A DNA stretch of 43,014 nt, taken from positions 1-43,014 of the forward strand of contig CAMBRJ010000001.1 of the NCBI GenBank assembly GCA_945870175.1. Direction: 5' to 3'. Within the stretch, counting starts at the first letter, position 1. Every line of letters starts with the position of its first letter. A program made the translations under genes and the position numbers. The notes beneath the pieces are model-generated. The model did no database searches. It saw nothing but the letters and a program-made list of their open reading frames with translations, and had not been told where the DNA came from. This document shows positions 8,857 through 17,823 of this stretch, in pieces. Source of the stretch: Gemmatimonas phototrophica (GTDB taxonomy: Bacteria > Gemmatimonadota > Gemmatimonadetes > Gemmatimonadales > Gemmatimonadaceae).

Positions 8857-10522
8857 TCGCGAACGCGGCGGCCACATCGTACGTGCCTCTGGTTGCGGCA
8901 AATTCGCTCGTATGCCGCAACGCCACCGCGCGCATACGCGCGGCGGTCTGCGACAGCTGCGCCGCGCTTCGCGACAGCTCTTCGATGCTGGCGCGCTGCG
9001 CAATCGATGCATCGGCGGCGCTCCGAGCACCCAATGCAGCGCGCTCGGCAGAGCTGTCGAGCGCCTCGAAGGCATCCGCCACACCGGCCGAGAGCTGCGC
9101 CTGTGCGTGAGCGAGTGCTGCCACGTCATCACTCTGATGCGAGATCCGCGCAATGCCGCTCACGAGGGCAGACAGCGCCTGTGTGGCATCACGCGCAATG
9201 TGCCCCGCGCCGGCCACTTCATCGGCTGTGGTGTCCATCGACAACACGGCGGCGCCGATGTCATCCCGGACGCGTTGCACCGTGGCGGCGATACGCTTGG
9301 CGGCCTGTGCACTTTCGATGGATAACGTGCGAATCTCGTCGGCGACCACCGCAAAACCCAATCCGTCATCACCAGCCCGGGAGGCTTCGATGGCGGCGTT
9401 GAGCGCCAGGAGATTGGTTTGCCGTGCAATGCGCGACACCGTGGCCACGAAATCACCGACCTGTTCCGACGCCGGTGCCAACAATCGCACTTGTTCGGCC
9501 GTGGCATTCACATCCGTCCCCGCACGCAGCAAAGCCTGTGCGGCGCGTTCGATCGCTTCGCGACTGGCGGCGGCGGCACGGTCCACGTCGTGCGCATCGG
9601 TCGCCGTTAACGCGGCGGTCTGCTGCGTCGTGTCAGCCATCCGTCGTGCTTCCTGACTGGCCATCACACCATCGTGCGCCCGTTCGCGCTGATGCGCCAG
9701 CTCTTCACTGAGCGCGGTGGCGCCGGAGGACACCTCACCGGCGCGTCGTTGCATCACACTGGCGGCGCCGTGCACTTGCGTGGCCACGACGGCCAGTTCA
9801 TCGGCTTCACGCTGTACCGTGTCGATCAACAGCGTGAGCTCATCGAGCATGCGATTGAAGCTCATCTCGAGGAACCCGAGCTCGTCGGCATGTCGCGCAT
9901 CGGCGCGCGCCTGCAAGTCGCCGCGTTCCACCTGCGCCATACGTTCACGTGTGCGACGGATGCGGGTGATGAGCGTCGATGGCATCTGCATCACCTGCTG
10001 CGCCACCACCAACAGCATGACGGCGGCCAGCAGCACCTGCGGCCACGGTGCGGCCTCGGCGGGTCGGGCCTGCGCATACGCCGCGCTCGCGATCAGAAAT
10101 CCGGTGGCCGACGACAGCGTGGTGAGATAGCCGAGGGCCGGTCCGCGATCGAACGAGTAGGGGACGATGGCGAGGATGTATGTGAGCACCAGGACCGGCG
10201 ATCCGAACAGATACACGACGCCGCTGATCAGGGCGGTGTCGAAGACCGCGAAGACGTACTTGAACCAGCGACGATACCAGCGGGTGGACCCACCGATGCC
10301 GGCGAGCGCCCAGTTGGTGGCGATGGCGGTACAGAACATCGCGAGCACGGCGGGCAGCGACACATCGGCGAGGCCCAGTCGAAGGCCGGCGATGAGGACA
10401 CCCGCGATGAAGATGGTGCTCCAGAACCGCCGTTTGGCGGCGATCTGGACCGTGGCGATGTCCTTGGCGCGCTCTTCATCGAAGAGCGCCGGATACGGGG
10501 TGTGGGCGCTAGGCGTGTGCAT
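8771..10522 (-). CDS. Methyl-accepting chemotaxis protein (multi-TM sensor, HAMP, signalling domain)
   Basis: About 6 N-terminal hydrophobic segments, HAMP (GDLQARA..DELGFLEMSFNRM), hairpin tip IARQTNLLALNAAIEASRAGDDGLGFAVVADEIRTLS. Confidence 0.93.
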   Translation of the reverse strand: MHTPSAHTPYPALFDEERAKDIATVQIAAKRRFWSTIFIAGVLIAGLRLGLADVSLPAVLAMFCTAIATNWALAGIGGSTRWYRRWFKYVFAVFDTALISGVVYLFGSPVLVLTYILAIVPYSFDRGPALGYLTTLSSATGFLIASAAYAQARPAEAAPWPQVLLAAVMLLVVAQQVMQMPSTLITRIRRTRERMAQVERGDLQARADARHADELGFLEMSFNRMLDELTLLIDTVQREADELAVVATQVHGAASVMQRRAGEVSSGATALSEELAHQRERAHDGVMASQEARRMADTTQQTAALTATDAHDVDRAAAASREAIERAAQALLRAGTDVNATAEQVRLLAPASEQVGDFVATVSRIARQTNLLALNAAIEASRAGDDGLGFAVVADEIRTLSIESAQAAKRIAATVQRVRDDIGAAVLSMDTTADEVAGAGHIARDATQALSALVSGIARISHQSDDVAALAHAQAQLSAGVADAFEALDSSAERAALGARSAADASIAQRASIEELSRSAAQLSQTAARMRAVALRHTSEFAATRGTYDVAAAFATTPTQSREGVQLPAPVPAPAQGAKSMAA

Positions 10523-10567
10523 ACGTCTACTAGACGCGTCACGCCCGAGCGCGGTATCAGGTCTGGC

Positions 10568-11125
10568 TTAGGCCGACGGGATCAGCGGCAGCAGATCGGC
10601 AGCCGTGACCAGGCTGATCACCTTGAGCCCAGCGGCTTCGAGGGCTTCGGTGCCGCCTTCTTGGCGATCGACGAGGGCGAGCACGCCGAGAATCTCACCG
10701 CCGGCGGCGCGAATGGCCTCGACGGCCTTGAGGGCCGAGCCACCGGTGGTAATGACGTCTTCGACGACCACGACTTTGTCGCCGGGCTGAAACGGGCCTT
10801 CGATCAGCTTTCCGGTGCCGTGTTGCTTGGCTTCCTTGCGAACGGTAAAGGACCGAACCATTTCCCCGGTGCCCGCTTCGGCCTCGAGGGCGGAGGCGTG
10901 GGCGATGGCGTAGGAGATGGGGTCGGCGCCCAAGGTCAGGCCACCGACCGAGTCGACCGGCCACCCGCTGTCGCGGAGGGCGGCCAGCGCCTCACGCCCG
11001 ATGAGCAGCTGCCCTTCAGGGCTCATCGTGGTGAGGCGGCAGTCGACGTACAGTGTGGAACGGCGGCCAGAGGCCAGCACGAAATCGCCCCGCTTGGCCG
11101 ATCGCTCGGCGAGCAGGGTGGTCAG
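10568..11125 (-). CDS. pyrE: Orotate phosphoribosyltransferase (probable CTG start)
   Basis: GDFVLASGRRSTLYVDCR, RKEAKQHG loop, PRPP motif VVVVEDVITTGGS, ALVDRQEGG. The conserved N-terminus extends upstream of GTG 11080 to CTG 11125. Confidence 0.95.
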   Translation of the reverse strand: MTTLLAERSAKRGDFVLASGRRSTLYVDCRLTTMSPEGQLLIGREALAALRDSGWPVDSVGGLTLGADPISYAIAHASALEAEAGTGEMVRSFTVRKEAKQHGTGKLIEGPFQPGDKVVVVEDVITTGGSALKAVEAIRAAGGEILGVLALVDRQEGGTEALEAAGLKVISLVTAADLLPLIPSA

Positions 11126-12108
11126 CCGCGTCGAAATAAGCCCTTCATTTTGTCGAAGAGTCCACCCTTGTCCTCACCGTCCGTGGCGGCCGGCACGGCA
11201 CCAACCGACTGGCTGGTCGAGCGGCTGGCGCTCGGCGCGCTGCTGGGGCTGGCCATCGCGGTGGTCTGCGCGGCGGCCGCAAAGGCGTCCGAGAAGCCCA
11301 TGACCGTGGGGTACCGATCGCTGGGGAGCTTGGACAGCGCCTTCATGACGACGTTCTCGACGGCCACCGGGAAGGCCAGATTGGGCTTGGCCTTGTTGAG
11401 CGCGACCGGCGGCTGCGTGAGGAGCTGGGAAAACAGCTCGCGCGGCGACTTGCCGGTGTACGGGAGGGTGCCCGTGAGCAGGAAGTAGGCGATGGTGGCC
11501 AGCGAGTACTGATCGGCGGCGGGCCCAACCAGTTCGCCCGACAACGATTCCGGCGCCACATACATGAGTGTGCCGACGAAGAAGCCGGCGCGCGTGAGAC
11601 GCTGATCGGGAGCGGCGTCGGTGTCGGCCGCGATGCCGAAATCGAGCAGTTTTACGTGATGCGTGGCGGGATCGTACATCACGTTTTCCGGCTTCAGATC
11701 GCGGTGCACGATGCCGACATCGTGCGCGGCCTGCACGGCGTTGCAGATCTGCGACAGGATGCCGTAGACTTCCTTCGACGGGAGCGGTCCGGACTTCTCG
11801 GCAAACTTGTCGAGGATCTCACCCCCAGCCCATTCGATCGCGAGGTAATAGCGCTCGCTGTCGGATTGACCGTAATCTAGGGTGCGCACGATGTTCGGGT
11901 GTTCTACTCGTGCGCCGAATTGCGCCTCGCGCAGGAATCGCGCGACAGCGGTTTTGTCATGCTGCAGCTTCTCGCGCAGCACCTTGAGGGCGACTGTACC
12001 ATGTGTGGCATGTTCGGCACGAAACACGGTAGACGTACCGCCCTCGCCGACTTTTCCACGCACCGTATAGCCTGCCAACGTCGTTCCGACTAGCGTCTCT
12101 ATGGCCAC
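11122..12108 (-). CDS. Hanks-type Ser/Thr protein kinase, cytoplasmic
   Basis: VGEGGTSTVF, VALK, HRDLKPEN, DFG, GTLMYVAPE, DQYSLA. No TM segment. Start trimmed to GTG 12108. Confidence 0.95.
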   Translation of the reverse strand: MAIETLVGTTLAGYTVRGKVGEGGTSTVFRAEHATHGTVALKVLREKLQHDKTAVARFLREAQFGARVEHPNIVRTLDYGQSDSERYYLAIEWAGGEILDKFAEKSGPLPSKEVYGILSQICNAVQAAHDVGIVHRDLKPENVMYDPATHHVKLLDFGIAADTDAAPDQRLTRAGFFVGTLMYVAPESLSGELVGPAADQYSLATIAYFLLTGTLPYTGKSPRELFSQLLTQPPVALNKAKPNLAFPVAVENVVMKALSKLPSDRYPTVMGFSDAFAAAAQTTAMASPSSAPSASRSTSQSVGAVPAATDGEDKGGLFDKMKGLFRRG

Positions 12109-12114
12109 GGGGCG

Positions 12115-12143
12115 AACGTAACGCCGAGCTGCGGTACCAGCAA
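12115..12143 (-). promoter_or_regulatory. Putative promoter giving a leaderless kinase mRNA
   Basis: TTGCTG-N17-TACGTT-N6-GTG start; no SD present. Confidence 0.55.
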
Positions 12144-12261
12144 GAAGTTTCCGGATATAAAGTCCAATCCGTGACCAGTTCGGTTGATCGGCACGGTTAT
12201 CGCAGGTGATCAGCAACCACGGCGGGCACCTGATGCCTGCACGGACGGTAATATGCGTTTC

Positions 12262-13683
12262 GTGAATCCACGCGCCCTGCCACTTCGAATTCGCTCAGTC
12301 GTCACGACGACGTTGGCGGTGCTCGCCGCCTGCTCCGGCAATCGACCGGCGGTTGGCCCGGGGTCGGCCGGGACGCCGCCGGGACCCGGTGGTGCCGCCG
12401 GTGCGGCGGGTATCGGCGTCGTTCCCGGCTCGCCGGCCGACATGCAGCGGTTGTATCGCAGCATGGGACTCATTGCGGGCACCGGTGCCATCCCGTTCGT
12501 GTCGTCGGTGTCGTTTCTGCGCTCGCCGACGCCCGACAGCACACTCACGCTGATCGCCCTCAGCCTGCCGTCGCGCGTGCTGGGCTTCACGCGCCAGGGC
12601 GAGCGATACGGCGCGAGCTACGTGGCGCGCCTCGAAGTCCGGCAGGGCACCACGGTGGTGAAGGTGATCGAAGCCACCGAAAAAGTGCTGGTGCCGACCT
12701 TCCGCGAAACCGCGCGCACCGACGAGAGCATCATCTGGCAGCAGTTCCTGAAGCTGGCACCGGGCCGCTACAGCGTCGCCCTCAGCATCAAGGATGAATC
12801 GAGCATCCGCAACGCCTCCGAAGAGGTGCAGCTCGAAGTGCCGCGCCTCGCGCCCGACATGCTCGGCTCGCCGCTGCCGGTGTACGAAGCGATCCCGCGG
12901 GCGACGGCTGACTCGCTCCCCCGTATCCTGGCCCGTCCTCGCGCCACCGTGGTGTTCGGACAGGATTCGGTGCTTCCGCTTTATCTCGACGCGGTCGGCT
13001 CGGCCGCGCCGACCCGCGTCCATGTGCGCATCATGGGGGAAGGCGACACGCGCCTGTTCGATACCGATATCGAATTGCCCGCGCGCGGCGACGGACACAG
13101 CATCACGTACGGTGTGCCTGTCGCCAAGATGGGTATCGGCATCAACACGCTGCTGGTGAGTGTGCCGGGACGCGCCGATACGGCGCGGGCGCGCGTGCTC
13201 GTGAGCCTTGGCGATGATCTGCCGATTGCGTCGTTCGACGAGATGTTCTCGTATCTGCGCTATTTCACGACCGCCGATCGACTGAAGACGTTGCGCGATG
13301 CCACCCCAGCCTTTCGCCCCGAAGCGTGGGCCGCGTTTCTCAAGGCCACTGATCCGATTCCCGGTACGGCGGAGAACGAAGGACTGCGTGATTACTTCGC
13401 GCGTATTCGCGTGGCCAACATCCGCTTCCGCGACGACGGCCCGACGGGCTGGCAGAGCGACCGCGGCACCGCCTTCGTCGCGCTTGGCGATCCCGACAAT
13501 ATGTTCGATTCCGGCATGACGGATCCCAATGCACGCGTGCGTCAGCAGATCTGGGAGTATCGCGAGCTGCGGGTACAGATCGTGTTCGTCGATCAGACCG
13601 GATTCGGACGCTGGCGCCTGTCCACGCAGGGTCGGGCGGAACTCGACAACGCGATCCGTCGTCGTATGGCGTCTCGGCAGTGA
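12262..13683 (+). CDS. GWxTD-domain lipoprotein
   Basis: Lipobox LAAC; C-terminal YFARIRVANIRF..GWQSDRG..GDPD..IWEY..FVD typical of GWxTD domains. Start GTG 12262 or ATG 12253. Confidence 0.85.
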   Translation: MNPRALPLRIRSVVTTTLAVLAACSGNRPAVGPGSAGTPPGPGGAAGAAGIGVVPGSPADMQRLYRSMGLIAGTGAIPFVSSVSFLRSPTPDSTLTLIALSLPSRVLGFTRQGERYGASYVARLEVRQGTTVVKVIEATEKVLVPTFRETARTDESIIWQQFLKLAPGRYSVALSIKDESSIRNASEEVQLEVPRLAPDMLGSPLPVYEAIPRATADSLPRILARPRATVVFGQDSVLPLYLDAVGSAAPTRVHVRIMGEGDTRLFDTDIELPARGDGHSITYGVPVAKMGIGINTLLVSVPGRADTARARVLVSLGDDLPIASFDEMFSYLRYFTTADRLKTLRDATPAFRPEAWAAFLKATDPIPGTAENEGLRDYFARIRVANIRFRDDGPTGWQSDRGTAFVALGDPDNMFDSGMTDPNARVRQQIWEYRELRVQIVFVDQTGFGRWRLSTQGRAELDNAIRRRMASRQ

Positions 13684-16655
13684 GCGAGGTGCAACGGCCC
13701 ACCGCACCGCGTCTGTTCCTGATCGACGGCTATGCCCTGATCTACCGCGCGTTTTTTGCGCTGATGACGCGACCGCTCACCACGCGTCACGGCGAAAACA
13801 CCTCGGCCGCCTGGGGGATTGCGACGTTCCTCAAGCGATTGTTAGTGACGCACCAACCGGAGTTACTGGGCTGGGTGCATGACTCGGGCGCCACGTTTCG
13901 CGACGACCTGTATCCTGAGTACAAGGCGACGCGCGAGAAGCTCTCCGATGAGTTGCAGGCCGACTTCGATCGGGGGCTCGAGCGCATCCATCAGCTGCTC
14001 GCGGCGTACAGCATTCCGGTGCTCGCGGTGCCTGGCTTTGAAGCCGACGATGTGATCGGCACGCTCGCGCGCAAAGGAGTGGATGCCGGCTACAACGTCG
14101 TGATCGTCTCGGGCGACAAGGATTTTCAGCAGCTCGTGCGCCCCGGCGTGTGGTTGCTCAATCCCGGCCGTGGTGGTCCGGCCAGTGTGGAAGAGCAGTG
14201 GGTGGGCGTCGAGAACGCGAACGATCGGCTCGGTGTGCCGCCCAATCGGGTGATCGACTATCTCGCGCTGGTGGGTGATTCATCGGACAACGTGCCCGGC
14301 GTGAAAGGGATCGGCGAGAAGGGGGCGCAGGAGCTCATCGCGCAGTTCGGTGCGCTCGAAGACATTCTCGCGCACGTGCAGGAGATCACGAAGAAGCGGC
14401 CGCGTGAAGCGTTGTTGGCGCAGGAAGCGGAAGCGCGCCTGTCGAAGCTGCTGGTCACGATTCATCAAGACGTGCCGATCGCACTGGATCCGTCCACGTT
14501 GCAGATGAGCGCACCCGATACGCAGGCGTTGCGTCATCTGTATCTGGAGCTGGAGTTCACGTCGCTATTAAAGGAGCTGGGCGGCAGCGCGCTGAGCGCA
14601 CACGCGCCCGGTGATCTGTCGGCGCTCGTGCCGCGCCCGGCCGAGCCGTCGCTCGATACGGACGTGGCCGACAGCGTGCCGTCGTATGCGAACCGTCCGG
14701 CCGCGCTGGCGATGACGATGAGCGCCAGCGGTGTGCCCGTGCTGTCCGACGCGCGCTATGTCACGGTGGACTCGATGTCGGCACTCGAGGCGCTGCTGGC
14801 CCGTGTGCGCGAGGTGCCGTGTATCGCGTTCGATACTGAAACGGTGCCTGAACCCGGCGCGCCGGCCACCATCGATGCGATGCGGGCCGCGCTGGTGGGC
14901 TTGTCGATCGCGGTCGCTCCCGGCGAGGCGTACTACCTGCCGTTTGCACATCGTCATGATGATGGCAGCGGTAATCTCGCGTTGTTGTCGGGCGATGCGG
15001 GGATCGCGGGCCGACGGCTGAACGCGGGCGTGGAGCCGCCGGTGAATCTGCCGGCGTTCGGCAGTGAGGCCATGGCGCCGTTGCGCGCCATGCTGGAAGA
15101 CGCGAACGTGAAAAAGCTGGCGCAGAATGCCAAGTACGATGTGCTCGTGCTGCGCGGCGCCGGCGTGCGATTGGCCGGTCTCGAATTCGACACGATGCTG
15201 GCCAGTTATGTGCTCGATCCAGGGCGCCGTTCGCATGGACTCGATCTCCTGGCGCTCGAGTTCCTCGGCCACACGATGACGGCGTACGAGCAGCTGTGCG
15301 GCAAGGGGCGCAATCAGTTGCCGTTCGATGTCGTACCGGTGGACGCGGCGCGCGACTACTCGTGCGAGGACGTCGACATTACGATGCGGTTGCGTGCCGT
15401 GCTCGAGCCGATGCTGGGCAGCCACGGTATGTCGGATTTGTTCCGCCACGTCGAGGTGCCGCTGGTCGAGGTGCTGGCCGACATGGAGTGGGACGGCATC
15501 GCCATCGACCTCACCTGGTTCGCATCGCTGAAGACGCGATTCAAGAGTGAGCGCGAGCGGGTTGAGCAGCTGATTTATGGAGAGGCCGGGCAGGAGTTCA
15601 ACATCAACTCCAATCCGCAGTTGCGCGTGATTCTGTTCGATAAGCTCGGGCTTCCGGTGAAGAAGAAGACGGCGACCGGGCCGAGCACCGACGCGAGCGT
15701 GTTGCAGGAACTGGCGGAGGAAGGGCACACCCTGCCGACGCTGCTTATGGAGTATCGCGAGATTTTCAAGCTGGAAGGCACGTACATCGACGCGTTGCCG
15801 AAGCTGGTGCATCCGCGCGATCACCGATTGCACACGTCATTCAATCAGACGGTGGCGGCCACAGGGCGTTTGTCGAGTACTGACCCGAACCTGCAGAACA
15901 TTCCGAATCGTCGCGAACTGGGCCGTGAGATCCGGCGCGGCTTTGTGCCGCGGCCGGGATGGCGGTTGCTCAGTGCCGACTACTCACAGATCGAACTGCG
16001 CCTGCTGGCGCATTTGTCTGGTGATCCGGCGTTTGTGTCGGCGTTCAAAGCAGGCGGTGACATTCACCGGCAAACAGCATCGATCATCTTCGGCGTGGAT
16101 TTAGCCGATGTGACCGGCGAGATGCGGGCGCGCGCCAAGACGATCAACTTCGCCACGATCTACGGGCAGGGGGCGCACGCCTTGTCGCGGCAGCTCAAGT
16201 TGCCGCATGCCGAGGCGAAGGCGTTCATCGACACGTATTTCGAGCGTTTCGCGGGGGTGAAGGCGTTCCTCGATCGCTGTGTCGTGGAGGCCAAAGCGAA
16301 GGGGTACGTCGAGACGCTGTTCCACCGTCGTCGCTACATCCCCGAGCTCAAGGAGCGGAACCACAACATGCGCGCCTTTGGCGAGCGGGTGGCGGCGAAT
16401 GCCCCGATCCAGGGCTCGGCGGCTGACCTGATCAAGATTGCGATGATCCAGGTACATCGGGCGCTGGCCAGCGAGGGGCTGGCGTCGCGCATGCTGCTCC
16501 AGGTGCACGATGAACTGATTTTTGAGCTGCCGGCCAGCGAGCAGGCGGTGCTTTCGGCGCTCGTGAAGCGGGAGATGGAGTCGGCGGCCACGCTCGACGT
16601 CCCGTTGCTGGTGGAGATGGGCGTCGGCGACGACTGGGTGGCCGCCAAGTCGTGA
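13680..16655 (+). CDS. polA: DNA polymerase I
   Basis: 5'-3' exo (LIDGYALIYRAFFA, EADDVIGT, SGDKD, GDSSDNVPGVKGIG); intact 3'-5' exo motifs (FDTET, QNAKYD, YSCED); polymerase motifs TGRLSS, DYSQIELR, RAKTINF, QVHDE. Confidence 0.99.
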   Translation: MSEVQRPTAPRLFLIDGYALIYRAFFALMTRPLTTRHGENTSAAWGIATFLKRLLVTHQPELLGWVHDSGATFRDDLYPEYKATREKLSDELQADFDRGLERIHQLLAAYSIPVLAVPGFEADDVIGTLARKGVDAGYNVVIVSGDKDFQQLVRPGVWLLNPGRGGPASVEEQWVGVENANDRLGVPPNRVIDYLALVGDSSDNVPGVKGIGEKGAQELIAQFGALEDILAHVQEITKKRPREALLAQEAEARLSKLLVTIHQDVPIALDPSTLQMSAPDTQALRHLYLELEFTSLLKELGGSALSAHAPGDLSALVPRPAEPSLDTDVADSVPSYANRPAALAMTMSASGVPVLSDARYVTVDSMSALEALLARVREVPCIAFDTETVPEPGAPATIDAMRAALVGLSIAVAPGEAYYLPFAHRHDDGSGNLALLSGDAGIAGRRLNAGVEPPVNLPAFGSEAMAPLRAMLEDANVKKLAQNAKYDVLVLRGAGVRLAGLEFDTMLASYVLDPGRRSHGLDLLALEFLGHTMTAYEQLCGKGRNQLPFDVVPVDAARDYSCEDVDITMRLRAVLEPMLGSHGMSDLFRHVEVPLVEVLADMEWDGIAIDLTWFASLKTRFKSERERVEQLIYGEAGQEFNINSNPQLRVILFDKLGLPVKKKTATGPSTDASVLQELAEEGHTLPTLLMEYREIFKLEGTYIDALPKLVHPRDHRLHTSFNQTVAATGRLSSTDPNLQNIPNRRELGREIRRGFVPRPGWRLLSADYSQIELRLLAHLSGDPAFVSAFKAGGDIHRQTASIIFGVDLADVTGEMRARAKTINFATIYGQGAHALSRQLKLPHAEAKAFIDTYFERFAGVKAFLDRCVVEAKAKGYVETLFHRRRYIPELKERNHNMRAFGERVAANAPIQGSAADLIKIAMIQVHRALASEGLASRMLLQVHDELIFELPASEQAVLSALVKREMESAATLDVPLLVEMGVGDDWVAAKS

Positions 16656-16701
16656 CGGCCACGTTGTGACGGCCACGTTGTGACGGCCACGTTGTGACGG
16701 C
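16652..16701 (+). repeat. 14-bp tandem repeat GTGACGGCCACGTT, about 3.6 copies, starting at the polA stop
   Basis: Units at 16652, 16666, 16680 and a partial one at 16694. Confidence 0.95.
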
Positions 16702-16846
16702 GCGGGGCTTTGCGTCGTTTCGGGAATTGGGGGGTGTTGCACTTTGCATGAACTCATGGGCGCTGCGAGACCCATCCCCAGTCCACGAACTGGCATTTAT
16801 TTCGTAAGCGATTGTCTTGTAATAGCTTATGACATTGTATCGGGTG

Positions 16847-16862
16847 CGGCATCCGGGTTGCT
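16847..16862 (+). promoter_or_regulatory. Putative sigma54 (-24/-12) promoter of the pilin gene
   Basis: CGGCATCCGGGTTGCT has the GG-N10-GC spacing and TTGC, about 100 nt upstream of the pilin ATG. Confidence 0.65.
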
Positions 16863-16959
16863 TAGGGAGAGGGTATCGCGGGGATCTTGATTCTCGCCCA
16901 TCCGCTCGCCCGCCCGTACCCGGGACACCGTCGTTCCCGGCCGACCTCGAGGAAGCCCC

Positions 16960-17349
16960 ATGCGACCGTCCCGTTCCCGCCAGGGATTCACCCTGATCGA
17001 GCTGCTCATCGTCGTGGTCATCATCGGCATTTTGGCCGCGATTGCGATCCCGAAGTTCCAGAGTACCAAGGGCAAAGCCTACGCCGCATCACTGAAGAGC
17101 GATTTGAAGAACGTCGCGTCGATGCAGGAAGACTATTTTTATTACAACGAGACGTATGCCAGCAATGTGGGTTCGCTCAGCTTCAGCAGCACGAACGGCG
17201 TGACGATCAACATTGCCGAAGCGGACGGGCGGGGCTGGTCGGCCACATCGACCCATCCCGCCGCCTTTCCGCTCACCTGTGCGGTGTTTTATGGTCAGGC
17301 TGCCCCGTTGGGTGGTGCCACGGCAGAAGGCATCGTACACTGCCAGTAG
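16960..17349 (+). CDS. Type IV pilin (prepilin cleavage/methylation motif)
   Basis: QG|[24 protein letters not shown]; C-terminal Cys pair; SD GAGG. Confidence 0.93.
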   Translation: MRPSRSRQGFTLIELLIVVVIIGILAAIAIPKFQSTKGKAYAASLKSDLKNVASMQEDYFYYNETYASNVGSLSFSSTNGVTINIAEADGRGWSATSTHPAAFPLTCAVFYGQAAPLGGATAEGIVHCQ

Positions 17350-17389
17350 GCGCCCGTATGGCGCCATGATAAGCGCACTTTAAGAGCAG

Positions 17390-17767
17390 TTGGGTGTTTT
17401 GAACGCTTTCGAATTCTCCATCGCGACCGACCCCGACCCGCAGCGGCGAGCCGCCCGCATGCGGGAGGTCACTTTTGCGTCCGGTGCGCGGGAGTTCCGG
17501 AAACGTCGAGAGGGGATGATACACGCGATGGACGGCGGGCTGTGGTTGCACCGGCACGTCTGGCTGGGCCGCCCCATGGTGCACTTCGTGAGCACCGACC
17601 GCGCGCGGCTTTTGGCGTACGGCGACGCGGTGGGAATTCCCGCGAGCCGCCTGCAGGACAAGCCCCTGCGCGATCCGCGCACCGACGTCCGTCGTGAGGC
17701 GTGGCACTGGGATCTTGGTGGTCCCGTGTATCCGCCGTTGGACGAGCGGTTACTGACCGGTCGCTGA
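17390..17767 (+). CDS. Hypothetical protein, DUF4031-like
   Basis: MVHFVSTDRARLLAYGDAVGIPASRLQ..AWHWDL resembles the H-L-x-x-D..L..G..Q..H-Y-D pattern I recall for DUF4031. Start may be ATG 17459. Confidence 0.6.
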   Translation: MGVLNAFEFSIATDPDPQRRAARMREVTFASGAREFRKRREGMIHAMDGGLWLHRHVWLGRPMVHFVSTDRARLLAYGDAVGIPASRLQDKPLRDPRTDVRREAWHWDLGGPVYPPLDERLLTGR

Positions 17768-17823
17768 GCGGTCGCCATCCGCCCGGCCTGCAGCACAGGA
17801 TCGTGCGATGCATCGCGCGCACG

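Noticed and set aside
9674-11488. 604-aa + strand ORF, and similar long antisense ORFs (3366-4598, 12295-13707, 14568-15833, 37703-38866)
   Set aside because: They lie opposite well-conserved genes, lack recognisable motifs, and are expected shadows of GC-rich codon usage.
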